DNA from: Candidatus Woesearchaeota archaeon
GTDB lineage: Archaea > Nanobdellota > Nanobdellia > Woesearchaeales > JBBIVF01
Assembly (NCBI GenBank): GCA_037439845.1
Contig: JBBIVF010000003.1
Coordinates: 3,850-39,305, forward strand
Reading direction: 5' to 3'
DNA length: 35,456 nucleotides
Notes under the pieces: model-generated
Seen by the model: only the letters and a program-made list of their open reading frames with translations
What the model was told of the DNA's origin: nothing
Databases searched by the model: none
Translations under genes and position numbers: made by a program
Shown: positions 16,627 through 26,734 of the stretch, in pieces
Numbering within the stretch: position 1 is the first letter of the stretch
How the letters are laid out: every line of letters begins with the position of its first letter

Positions 16627-16648
16627 AATGTGACTATTTTGTCATATT
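16627..16648. promoter_or_regulatory. Inverted repeat, candidate operator of the AAA operon
   Basis: AATGTGAC-TATTTT-GTCATATT (7/8 arm match). Confidence 0.4.
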
Positions 16649-16692
16649 AAAAAAACAAAAAGCATTTACTCTCTTTTAAATTTTATTACATC

Positions 16693-17217
16693 TTAAGCTA
16701 CTTTGTTTTTTTTATTTTTTTCAACCTTTTTTTCATAATTTTCCAATGATTTTTTTGCTTTTTCAGATAATTCAAAAGAGCGTTTTGCCAAGTCTATCGA
16801 GTAATTTTCATCTAGCTTTATCATCTTATCTGCGAAATCATATGCTTTTCTAATAATACGCTTATATGCTTTTACTGTATCTTCATAATCCTTTCCGGTG
16901 ATATCTGCACTCTTCTCAATTTTATTAAATGCTTTTTCCAAACATTCCAAAGCAAGAGGGTAGTTTTTTTCTCTTTCTGCTTTAAGAGCTATTAAATAAT
17001 ACATTTCTGGGGTTTGTAGTCCTCCGTGTTCTTCGTAATAAAGCCTTTGTCGTGCAGATACGTTCTTATCTTGGATATAATCCCAATTCAATTTAACTCT
17101 CCTATACGTTTCAGCGTCTTTTATTTTTTTCTTCAACTCTTCATACTCTTTATCAGATATCTCAGATCTCAATTTTATAACCTCCTTTTCAATTTTTTGT
17201 ATTTCTTTGTTATTCAA
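16693..17217 (-). CDS. All-helical (TPR-like) hypothetical protein
   Basis: 174-aa ORF, TTG start about 25 nt after TTTAAAAA; YYLIALKAEREKNYPLALECLEKA is TPR-like. Confidence 0.65.
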   Translation of the reverse strand: MNNKEIQKIEKEVIKLRSEISDKEYEELKKKIKDAETYRRVKLNWDYIQDKNVSARQRLYYEEHGGLQTPEMYYLIALKAEREKNYPLALECLEKAFNKIEKSADITGKDYEDTVKAYKRIIRKAYDFADKMIKLDENYSIDLAKRSFELSEKAKKSLENYEKKVEKNKKNKVA

Positions 17218-17392
17218 TATATTTAATTGTTTTCCTTTTTAAATATATCTCTTTTTTAGAATATATAACGACAACCTAATTCATTATAAAAATAAACCTT
17301 TAAGACTTTGTTACAAGATTTTTCATATTTTTAAAAACCATCCGATATTTTTTCTATTCTTTTTTTCACCATAATACTCGACATAATACTTT

Positions 17393-18010
17393 TCAGAATC
17401 CTTTCTTTCCTTTCATAGGCACAAACATAAACTTACCGAGATTTTTCTTGTAATATTTTCCTTCTTTTTTTGTTATTTTTATCATATCTTGTTGAAAATA
17501 ACCAACAGGCGCCAATATTACTCCTTCTTCGTTGAGTTGAGAAAGCCATTCAGGCTCTATTTGAGGACAAGCGCATGTTACTATTATTTTGTCATAAGGT
17601 GCTTCTTCTTTATATCCAACACTTCCATCTCCGCAAATCACCTCAACATTTTTTATTCCTGCTTTTTCTATATTTTTCCTGGCATACTCTGCTAGGTCCG
17701 GATTATACTCTATTGTGATAACCTTCTTGCAAAGTTTAGATAATAAAGCAGCATTATATCCTGAGCCAGCACCAATTTCTAGCACCTTATCTTTTTTTCT
17801 GCAATTTAGCCACTTTAGCATTAGCATAACAGTTGTTGGCTGGCTTATTGTCTGGCCTTTCATTATTTCTAGAGGCATATCCTCATATGCTAATTCTCTA
17901 ATCTCTTCAGGAACAAAATCCTCTCTTTTCACAGACAAGAAAGCATTTATTAGTTTCTTGCTAAACATCTTGTTTCTTTTCCAGAATGCCAATAGCTCTT
18001 GCTTATCCAT
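17393..18010 (-). CDS. pcm: Protein-L-isoaspartate O-methyltransferase
   Basis: REDFVP, AYEDMPL, GQTISQP, VLEIGAGSGYNAA, APYDKIIVT, FVPM. Confidence 0.95.
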   Translation of the reverse strand: MDKQELLAFWKRNKMFSKKLINAFLSVKREDFVPEEIRELAYEDMPLEIMKGQTISQPTTVMLMLKWLNCRKKDKVLEIGAGSGYNAALLSKLCKKVITIEYNPDLAEYARKNIEKAGIKNVEVICGDGSVGYKEEAPYDKIIVTCACPQIEPEWLSQLNEEGVILAPVGYFQQDMIKITKKEGKYYKKNLGKFMFVPMKGKKGF

Positions 18011-18095
18011 TAGCTATATTCTTTTTATATTCTTTATATTTTTATCTCTTTTCTCTGGGAATAACTTTTTAAAAAGAACCCCAACAATAATAGCC

Positions 18096-19778
18096 ATGGT
18101 AATGAATTTTTATTCTGAACTTGCCAAGCACATAATAGAAAAAAAACTCACAAAGCCGCAGATAATGAAGCTTAAGCTAAAGCTTGTCAAGAAATATAAT
18201 CTAAAAAGAACACCAACAGACATAGAGATACTTCTGAATGTTGATAATAAACTTTTGCCAAAACTAAAAGCCCTTCAATCAAAACCTTCAAGAACAATGT
18301 CAGGTGTAATTCCAATAGCAATAATGACAAAACCATTTCCCTGTCCGCACGGAAAATGCATAATGTGTCCTGGCGGAATTGACTCAAGTTTTGGCACAGT
18401 TCCACAATCATATACAGGCAGAGAACCAGCAACAATGAGGGCAATAAGAAATAATTATGACGCTTATTTACAAGTTTTTAATAGATTAGAGCAATATGTA
18501 GTTTTAGGCAATCTTCCTCAAAAAGTAGAGCTAATAGTTATGGGAGGCACTTTTCCTAGTTTTAGTAAATCATATCAAATTAATTTTATTAATGACGCAT
18601 TCAAGGCATTGAACGATTTCTCAACATTATTCTTTAGAAAAAAAGATTTTGATTTCAAAAAATTCAAAGAATTCTTTGAGCTGCCAGGAGATATTTATTC
18701 TGAAACAAGAGCAAAGAACGTGAAAGAAAAAATATTGAAAATTAAAAGCAATAATAAAAATACCTTGAAGCAATCTCAAAATTTCAATGATAAAATATCA
18801 AAAATTAAATGCGTAGGCCTCACAATAGAAACCAGACCTGATTATGGAATGTTAAAGCACGGAAACTTTATGCTCGGGCTGGGAGCAACTAGAGTAGAAT
18901 TAGGAGTTCAATCTGTATATGATGATGTGCTAAAATATATCTCAAGAGGCCATACAAGAAAGAGAACAAAAAAATCTATTCGCATTCTCTAGGTTCTTGG
19001 ATTCAAGCTTAATTTTCATTACATGCCAGGCCTGCCCAAGACATCATTCAAGAGGGATTTAGAAGGAATGAAAAAATTGTTTATTGATGAGGATTACAGG
19101 CCAGACATGCTGAAGATATACCCTTGCATGGTGATGCCTGGCACAAAACTGGGTGAATTATATAAGCAAAAGAAATTCAAACCTCTTTCAACACAAAAAG
19201 CAGCAGAGCTTATTGCAAGATTCAAGCAGTTTGTTCAAGAATATATAAGAATAATGCGAGTCCAGAGAGATATACCAACAACACAAATAATTGCCGGGGT
19301 TAAGAGGACAAATCTAAGGCAATATATTGATGCTGAATTGAAAAGATTGAATATCAAATGCAGATGTATAAGGTGCAGAGAAATAAAATTAGAGCAAGAC
19401 ATAAAGAAACCAAAACTCAAACTGATAAAATATAACGCAAGCAAAGGCAAAGAATTCTTCATTTCTTTAGAAGAAAACAATAAGGTCATAGGCTTCATTA
19501 GATTAAGGTTTCCATCAAAACCAGAAAGAAAAGAAATAACAAAAGATTCTGCTTTAATTAGAGAACTTCATGTCTATGGCCAGCCAGCATTAATAGGACA
19601 ACAAGGAACTGCCCAGCACAAAGGATATGGAAAAATGCTTCTCAAAGAGGCAGAGAAAATAGCAAGAAACAATAGCAAGAAAAAAATGGTGGTAATTTCA
19701 GGTGTTGGAGTTAGAGAATATTATAGAAAGAACGGGTATAAGCTAGAAGGTCCTTATATGGTAAAAAAATTATATTAA
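18096..19778 (+). CDS. elp3: Elp3 tRNA U34 carboxymethyl synthase (radical SAM + GNAT), interrupted by an in-frame TAG at 18990-18992
   Basis: CPHGKCIMCPGG, QSYTGREP, ETRPD, VELGVQ, then in the same frame HYMPGLP, LKIYP, RVQRDIP, CRCIRCRE, RELHVYG, QHKGYG. The two track ORFs are in one frame, 30 nt apart. Confidence 0.93.
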
Positions 19779-19832
19779 AATTTATTAAAAAATTATATTA
19801 AAGTTTATTAAAAAATTATACTAGAATTTATT
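19764..19832 (+). repeat. 3 x 23-bp tandem repeat
   Basis: AAAAAATTATATTAAAATTTATT / AAAAAATTATATTAAAGTTTATT / AAAAAATTATACTAGAATTTATT. Confidence 0.85.
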
Positions 19833-19881
19833 AGAATTTTGTATAGCAACATTTTTAAATCTACCAAAAACAACCTTTTGC

Positions 19882-20643
19882 ATGTTATTATCAACCAAAG
19901 AAGCAGCAAAGATTCTGGAAGTAGATGAAAGAAGTGTTAGAAGATATATTAAAAAAGGACTTCTTAAACCGATTGAAAATAGCGCAACATATTATTTTCA
20001 GAAAGAAGAAGTTGAATGCCTAAAAAACATAAAAAATGCATTTGAAAAACTGAAAGAGCATTTAAGATTTTCATATGCACATTCTATAACCGGTGTTTCT
20101 TTTCCTAAAATAATCAATTGTATAAACGAGAAAAGACAGAAAACAGAGAAAGATTCAAAAGTCGTGATGTCAGAATTAATATATGGATTAAAATTCTATG
20201 CATTTGAAAGAAATACTTATATGAAATCATACCAACCAGATCCTAAAATAAGAAAAGACATGCTTTTCATCAATGAAGCAGCAGAAAGATTGAGAATAAA
20301 AGATATTCATGTAATTCACAGGCTTATTAAAGACAGAAGTTTAGCAAGCTATACTTGCACTGTTGATAATAAAAAAAAGTACTTTGTTTCTCTTGAATCT
20401 ATGCTAGAATATCTTGGAGAAGATAAGGAAGAGATTTTTTTGAGATCTGATGAGGTAGTAAAAGAGCTAAATTTCAAGAATATTTCAGAAGATGAAATGA
20501 AAATAGAAATCAGAAAAATAGACAAGCTTGCCAAAAAACTCGGAATAGGAAAAAAAGTTATTCCTAACTGCAGAAATTCCTGCTATCTTTTTACTGAATT
20601 AGAAGTAAATTTAATTAAAGAGACGTATTTAATACAAAGATAA
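19882..20643 (+). CDS. Protein with repeated excisionase/MerR-like HTH (HTH_17) domains
   Basis: MLLSTKEAAKILEVDERSVRRYIKKGLL and MLFINEAAERLRIKDIHVIHRLIKDRSL; weaker third unit from IFLRSDEVVKEL. Confidence 0.75.
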   Translation: MLLSTKEAAKILEVDERSVRRYIKKGLLKPIENSATYYFQKEEVECLKNIKNAFEKLKEHLRFSYAHSITGVSFPKIINCINEKRQKTEKDSKVVMSELIYGLKFYAFERNTYMKSYQPDPKIRKDMLFINEAAERLRIKDIHVIHRLIKDRSLASYTCTVDNKKKYFVSLESMLEYLGEDKEEIFLRSDEVVKELNFKNISEDEMKIEIRKIDKLAKKLGIGKKVIPNCRNSCYLFTELEVNLIKETYLIQR

Positions 20644-20728
20644 TAATTGATTCTCAGGATTACTTAATCTTTAATTACATAATCTTAAAATGCATAATCT
20701 TTAAAAACATCAGTATATTTAAAATTAT

Positions 20729-21667
20729 ATGCAAGAAAAAAACAAGAATGCCAATAAGGCAGTCTGGAAACCAGAGATGGTGAAGAGGTATTCTAGTATC
20801 ACTGATTTTGATAAATTTAAGGAAGCATCTTTGTTATATGAGCGGAAATCAATAAGAGTAAATACTTTGAAGATATCTGTGACTGAATTAAAGAAACGCC
20901 TTAAGGATTGGAAACTTGAGCAAGTCCCTTGGTGCAAAGAAGGTTTTTTTATTGAACACAAGGACCAAAGAAGAGATATTGGTAATTTATTAGAACACAC
21001 TTTAGGATATATCTATGTGCAAGAAGCTTCCTCAATGCTTCCTGCTGTTGTGTTGGACCCTCAACCAGGAGACAAAGTGCTGGATGCCTGTGCAGCTCCA
21101 GGCTCTAAAACAACACAGATTGCAGCAATGATGAAAAATAAAGGAATAATAGTAGCGAATGAAATTTCAACAAAAAGAATGCAGGCATTAGGCATAAACC
21201 TGCAGAGATGCGGCGCAACTAATGTTGTTAAAACATTAATGGATGCTTCCAGATTAGATGGTCAGCAATTTGATAGAATACTAGTTGATGCTCCTTGCTC
21301 AGGCCTAGGCACTATAAGAAAATCATTCTCCTGCCTTGAGGATTGGAACATAAAACTAATAACAAGCTTGACTAATATTCAAAAAGGACTTATAAATGCA
21401 GCATACAGAAACCTGAAAAAAGGCGGAACAGTGGTATATTCAACTTGCACAATTGAACCAATAGAAAATGAAGGTATTGTTGATTATGTTTTGAGCAAGT
21501 ATAGTGATATGCAATTACAGAATATAAAATTAAACATCAAAAGATCTCCTGCAGTATTGGAATGGGAAAATAAAAAATTCAATTCAGAGGTCAAAAAATG
21601 CCTCAGGATATACCCGCAAGACAATAACACAGACGGCTTCTTTGTAGCCAAGTTCAAGAAAAAATAA
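20729..21667 (+). CDS. RsmB/NOP2/NSun family RNA m5C methyltransferase
   Basis: YVQEASSM, VLDACAAPGSKT, DAPCSG, YSTCT, DGFFVA. Confidence 0.95.
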   Translation: MQEKNKNANKAVWKPEMVKRYSSITDFDKFKEASLLYERKSIRVNTLKISVTELKKRLKDWKLEQVPWCKEGFFIEHKDQRRDIGNLLEHTLGYIYVQEASSMLPAVVLDPQPGDKVLDACAAPGSKTTQIAAMMKNKGIIVANEISTKRMQALGINLQRCGATNVVKTLMDASRLDGQQFDRILVDAPCSGLGTIRKSFSCLEDWNIKLITSLTNIQKGLINAAYRNLKKGGTVVYSTCTIEPIENEGIVDYVLSKYSDMQLQNIKLNIKRSPAVLEWENKKFNSEVKKCLRIYPQDNNTDGFFVAKFKKK

Positions 21668-21723
21668 AGATTTTTACACTTCCTTGGTCTCTCATATTGC
21701 ATATTTTACTTAAAAAAATTTGT

Positions 21724-22029
21724 TTAATCAAACTCAAATAAAACTTTCTTAAAATCAATTATTTCATTTTTTCTTATTAGCATCCCTTCCTTTCTTAACA
21801 TTTCTTTTTTCTTCTTGCTATTTGTCTTTCCTTCATATCCTCCTACAGAACCATCTGACCTAACAACACGATGACAAGGAATTTTAGGAGCATAAGGGTT
21901 TTTTCTTAGAGCATTTCCAATAGCACGATATGCTTTTGTATTAAGACATCTGCCGATTTCTTTGTATGTTGTAACTTTACCTCTTGGTATTTTTTTGCAT
22001 AATGCATACACTTTATCATTGAACTTCAT
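21724..22029 (-). CDS. ogt: Methylated-DNA-protein-cysteine methyltransferase (C-terminal domain only)
   Basis: IPRGKVTTYKEI, RAIGNAL and active-site PCHRV. Confidence 0.88.
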   Translation of the reverse strand: MKFNDKVYALCKKIPRGKVTTYKEIGRCLNTKAYRAIGNALRKNPYAPKIPCHRVVRSDGSVGGYEGKTNSKKKKEMLRKEGMLIRKNEIIDFKKVLFEFD

Positions 22030-22103
22030 TTTTTCCTTAATTCTATTTTTTAATAAGCTACATTTATATTAAAATTTATATTATATATAATATTATATAT
22101 CAA

Positions 22104-23264
22104 TTAATTAGAGAAAATCTCCAATATTTTCTGGAAATTCTGCTGTGTTGGATTTTTCTTGTAAATCTCTGCTAATTTTATGAGTTTGTCTTTTCTTGCA
22201 AGATTTAATCCTATAACAAACTGCATGAATTGAGTCACATTCTTAGGCTTCTCTCCTTTTGAGCATCTCTCAAAATCAACGAGCACTGGAGTTAAATCTT
22301 CTTTTATTATGATATGCTTAAAGGGATGGTGCATCTCTTGCTTTGTTATTCCTAACTTGTCCAACTTATACATCTGCTCAAAAACATCCTTTACAATACT
22401 CTTGATTATCTTTTTATCTTTCTTGTTCTTGAGAATATAATCATTTATGAAATCTCCTTTTATGAATTCCATTATCAGGTAATTCTTTGATGCCTCTATC
22501 AATTTAGGGCCTATACCTTTCTTATTCACTAGATCAAGATACCTTGCCTCGTGCTCAATCACATTTTCTGCTTTTGTTTCAGGATTCTGTATTTTTATCA
22601 GCACTTCTTTTCCTTTATTTTTGCCTGTTGACAAGATTCCCTTATACAATAACCCTCTTTTTCCTTTTGTATAGTATTCTATATTGGATACTTTTTTGAA
22701 TATTTTGTTTAGTATGGGGCCTCTTTTAATAACATAGACATAAAGCTCTTCAAAAGGTATTTTCTTTCTTTCAAGTTCTTTGTATTCAAAAAGATTCTTC
22801 TCCAGCTCTTCATCTATTTTCTTCTTGTTTGTCAAGCTGGAAAATACAATCAGCACTTTTCCATTGTCAGTCAAATAATTATTGACTAATGACAAGAATT
22901 TCAGGATTATTTCATATCCTCTTTTTCCTCCGTCTAATGCAGTGTCAGGAGCAAGAGGGTCATTAGGCAGATAAGGTGGATTAAATATTATAAGATCATA
23001 TTTTTCATGAACATTCTCGAAAAGATTTGATTCAAAAAAAGTTACATTATTTATTTTATTGGCTTTTTTCTTTATATAGCAGTGGATGACTGCATTCTTG
23101 TTAATATCAACTCCTGTAACCTTTTTTGCAGTTTTTGCAGCCTCGAAACTCAATATGCCCGAGCCACAACCCATATCAAGCACATTACCCTGTGCTAATT
23201 TCTTAACATGCCCTAAAAGCATGATTGTGTCTTCCTGTGGCTCATATATATTTTGAGTAAGCAT
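22104..23264 (-). CDS. HemK2/MTQ2-type methyltransferase fused to a Ser/Thr kinase-like domain
   Basis: YEPQEDT, LDMGCGSG, FNPPY; then KGKRG, VLIK, MEFIKG, KQEMHHPFKHII, LVDFER, KNVTQF. Confidence 0.88.
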   Translation of the reverse strand: MLTQNIYEPQEDTIMLLGHVKKLAQGNVLDMGCGSGILSFEAAKTAKKVTGVDINKNAVIHCYIKKKANKINNVTFFESNLFENVHEKYDLIIFNPPYLPNDPLAPDTALDGGKRGYEIILKFLSLVNNYLTDNGKVLIVFSSLTNKKKIDEELEKNLFEYKELERKKIPFEELYVYVIKRGPILNKIFKKVSNIEYYTKGKRGLLYKGILSTGKNKGKEVLIKIQNPETKAENVIEHEARYLDLVNKKGIGPKLIEASKNYLIMEFIKGDFINDYILKNKKDKKIIKSIVKDVFEQMYKLDKLGITKQEMHHPFKHIIIKEDLTPVLVDFERCSKGEKPKNVTQFMQFVIGLNLARKDKLIKLAEIYKKNPTQQNFQKILEIFSN

Positions 23265-23323
23265 TTCAATCCCTTTATCCCCTCCCTTTTACTTGTTTTT
23301 TGAAGTTTTATATAAAATTTTTC

Positions 23324-24817
23324 TTAATTCCTGAGCATGAACCATCCTTTTCCTTTTAATTCAACAGTTATATTATTATTACTCTTTAATAGTTCTCTTG
23401 GCGCAGTTAGTGTATATCTTCCGATATTTCCTTTGTCGTATTCAAAAAATTCATAGGTCAATCGAAAAGGTTCATTGACATATGTCGAATCTTTTTTACC
23501 TAATTGGGTAATAAATATTGGTTGTGAGTTCAATTTCCATGTAAGAGTGCCGTGGCCATATTGTATGTTTAATATAGAAAAGTCTATAATTTCTGCATCT
23601 GTTCCGCTTATATCTTCTGTTTCAAAAGTCAAGCTTTGGTTGTCATATATCCAGCTTTGCCTGACTAAAACATCCCTGAAAGGATACTCTATGTCGCAGA
23701 ATTCTGTACTGCATTCAAGTATCCGCACATTTCCAGAAAATTTTTCTCTTTTTTCACTTGTAAGATATTTTGCTTCTTTTTTTGTTATTGTATATATCGA
23801 AAACCAACCTTTTGATATGACTTTGAAACTTATAGAATTTTCCTTTTTATTTACTTCAAAAGCAGGCATATAAATATATATCTTTCCTGACATCTCATCA
23901 TCTAAAGTCATTGGAATCACATCTATTTTATACCCCCTTTCTGTTTTTGTATAGTTCTCTTTACCAGGAATAAATGTAATAATTTTCTTTTCATTACTAT
24001 AAACTTCTACAATAGGATTGCCATACCAGCCTCCAAATAGTTCATATCTTACATATGTTGAATTATTTGTCTCAATTTTAGGAGTTTTGATACTAAGACT
24101 TTGGTTTTCAAAGCTAAAATCTGCAAGCACCTTGCCCATAAAAGAATCTACTACTATTTTACAATATTTCTCGCAATAATTCACACTCTCATACCCATAG
24201 ACATCTATAATAGGTTCATTCTCCCTGTAAATAGATTCTGTCATCTTATCTTGCAGTATTGCGAAATATCTTGCATCATTTAGTTGTATCTTTATCTTTA
24301 TCCTTTTTTCTCCTTCAGGTATCATACTTCGAGGAAGCTTGATGTAAAATATTCCTGAGTCCTTATCTACATAATCATAATTTATCTCTATGTTTTCATA
24401 ATCAGATCTCCATTTTTTACTTTTAGATATTACCTCTGTCCTGAGCAAGAATTTGTCATTTATATACCAGTTAAGGTTTCCATTTCCGAACATTTTTGCT
24501 TTGAAGACAAACACATACTTATCCTTATCTCTAGTGAAATTATCTGTGAAAAATGTAATTTCTTGGCCACTCTTTATGTAATCTCCTATTAAATTACCCC
24601 AAGGCGTATCATAAGTTTGATTGCATTGATTATAATAACAGCTTTCAGCATTTATATAGCCAAGTATATATTTAATGTCAGAGATATCTACAGAAAAATT
24701 TGTATTTATATTGTCGCTCGAATTAAATACATTTTCTTCAATCCTTTTTTGACAGCCTACTACAATTAGAAATATTATAAACAATATTAACAATATTCCT
24801 TTGAATTTTGGCTTCAT
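23324..24817 (-). CDS. Secreted lipoprotein with three internal repeats of about 155 aa
   Basis: Basic N-terminus, hydrophobic stretch and IVVGC lipobox; Cys pairs at 60/65, 215/219, 369/374. Confidence 0.8.
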   Translation of the reverse strand: MKPKFKGILLILFIIFLIVVGCQKRIEENVFNSSDNINTNFSVDISDIKYILGYINAESCYYNQCNQTYDTPWGNLIGDYIKSGQEITFFTDNFTRDKDKYVFVFKAKMFGNGNLNWYINDKFLLRTEVISKSKKWRSDYENIEINYDYVDKDSGIFYIKLPRSMIPEGEKRIKIKIQLNDARYFAILQDKMTESIYRENEPIIDVYGYESVNYCEKYCKIVVDSFMGKVLADFSFENQSLSIKTPKIETNNSTYVRYELFGGWYGNPIVEVYSNEKKIITFIPGKENYTKTERGYKIDVIPMTLDDEMSGKIYIYMPAFEVNKKENSISFKVISKGWFSIYTITKKEAKYLTSEKREKFSGNVRILECSTEFCDIEYPFRDVLVRQSWIYDNQSLTFETEDISGTDAEIIDFSILNIQYGHGTLTWKLNSQPIFITQLGKKDSTYVNEPFRLTYEFFEYDKGNIGRYTLTAPRELLKSNNNITVELKGKGWFMLRN

Positions 24818-26734
24818 ATTTTCTTCCTCACATGTGATGAGACATAATAGAAGCTATAGACATTTTTTACCTTTTCGCCATGTATTATAACAAAATCCCA
24901 GAGCATTCCTTTTATTCTCTTTATATTAACCCTGAAACCTGCCTTTTCAAACATATCCATTATTTGTTGATCATCATTAAGCCAGGCAGCATTAGGTATG
25001 ATATTGAAAAAATTATTATAATCAACAACAACAATCCTTCCTGCTATTGACATTCTTGCATTTATTTCTCTCAGCACTCTTAATGGATCTTGTATGTAAG
25101 ATGCCATAGACATTGAAATACACGCGTCAATATAAGGCACATCAGGATGCACTCTTTTTGCATGATATTCGTCGAAAAATACTTTTTAATATTATCTTAT
25201 GCGAATTGCTTGAAAATGAAGTGGTGAATATTAATCCTACTTTTCCGACTTTCTCAGCCAATTTCATAGTTAAAGTGCCTACTCCTCCGCCAAACTCAAG
25301 CACATTTTTTCCTTGAATGTTTCCAAGCAGACTAATTGCAAGGTCTCTAATCTTGTTTGGAACAGTAATTTTCTCTGCAAGAAGCTCGAGATTAGCAATA
25401 ATATCATGAAACCCAGATATCATCTTTGGATTATAATATAACGATATCAAGAAGTAAAACGGAAATCCCAATAATACCAATAGCAAGCAAAGAAGCATAA
25501 GTCCAGTTGAGTCAGGCACTGTTTTCAACCAATATATTATTAGCCAAACATAAAATCCCAGTACAACAAAAGGAATAACTTTTCCAAAAGGCACTCTGAA
25601 TTCTCTGAATATGTCTTTTCTCTTAAACCTCAATAGAGGCACAGCAAATATTATAGGCGCATACTGAAATATACAGAGAGGAATGACTATTGAAATGAAA
25701 GTATCATAACCTGTAAGGGAGATGCCTATTGCAGTGAAAATTAAAATTACAATGCCTTGAAAGATTATTCCTTTATACAAACTATTATATTTTTTGTGAA
25801 TGCTCATGAATTGAGGCGGAAATAATTTATCTCTTGCCATGGCCATAAGCAAATAAGGTGTTTCAACAGTTATAGTGAAAGCAGTTCCGAGCATAACAAG
25901 TGCCATGAACACCATGAGTATAAATCCTCCTGATGGGCCAAAAATAGATTCCATAAGAGGTATATACGCAGTATCAAATTCATTGTAATAAGCCCAATGA
26001 GTATATCCGAATGAACCAATAACAATTCCTAGTATCAAAAGACAAGTTATTGCCATTGATATTATTATTGCTTTAGGCACGATTTTTGTAGGTTTGTCAG
26101 TTTCTTCAGAAAGATATGTTACTCCTTCAATTCCAAAAAACAATTCAGACGCAAAAAAGATAGAGACAAAAAGATAGCTCAAGTTTTTGCTAAACGAATT
26201 ATAAAGAAAAAAAGGCGTATAATAGACAATGTTGAATTTTGATATTAATGCAACTACTAAGAATCCAACAACAAAAATACTAACTCCAGCAAAAGCTATC
26301 ATAACTTTCACAGAACTATTAAGGCCTACAAATGCTATGAAATTAAGTATAAATATTACAAGAAGACAAACTGCGAAAACAGCAAAATTACCCAAAGGAT
26401 AAACAAACATATACACAGACCAATATATCAAAGTTGCCACACTAGTATTGCATACCATCCAAGAAATCCATCCTTGCATAAAGCTAGGTATTTTTCCATA
26501 TGCCTGTTTGCTGTATTCATAAAATCCTCCTGCTTTAGGAAACATAGAAGAGAGTTCAGCAATGCAAAGTGCAGTATAGCCAAAAACAGTGATGAGTATC
26601 AACCACCCAATTACTGATGCCGGGCCTGAGTATAATGCGCCTAATTCAGGCAAAAAAAAGATTCCTGCATCTAACAAAGAGTTTATGGCTATCAAAACCA
26701 AAACTGCAAGTCCTAGGTATTTTCTTTCTTCCAT
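24814..26734 (-). CDS. APC-family amino acid permease fused to a class I SAM methyltransferase-like domain, frameshifted near 25185
   Basis: AELSSMFPKAGG, LSEE, MARDKLFP, about 12 TM helices; then VLEFGGGVG. The fold continues in another frame (KVFFDEYHAKRVHPDVPYIDA...GRIVVVD...FEKAGF). Confidence 0.8.

Noticed and set aside
17715-18095. N-terminal extension of Elp3 in the ORF track
   Set aside because: Mostly antisense to pcm; a TATA-like box at 18066-18075 supports ATG 18096.
21724-22029. Alkyltransferase-like (ATL) inactive protein
   Set aside because: Active-site Cys in PCHR is present, so a short active MGMT is more likely.
10822-26715. Genome-wide TAG reassignment
   Set aside because: TAG ends four other genes at plausible positions (10822, 11930, 12146, 26713) and only one internal TAG was seen. 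Not supported, though not excluded from one window.
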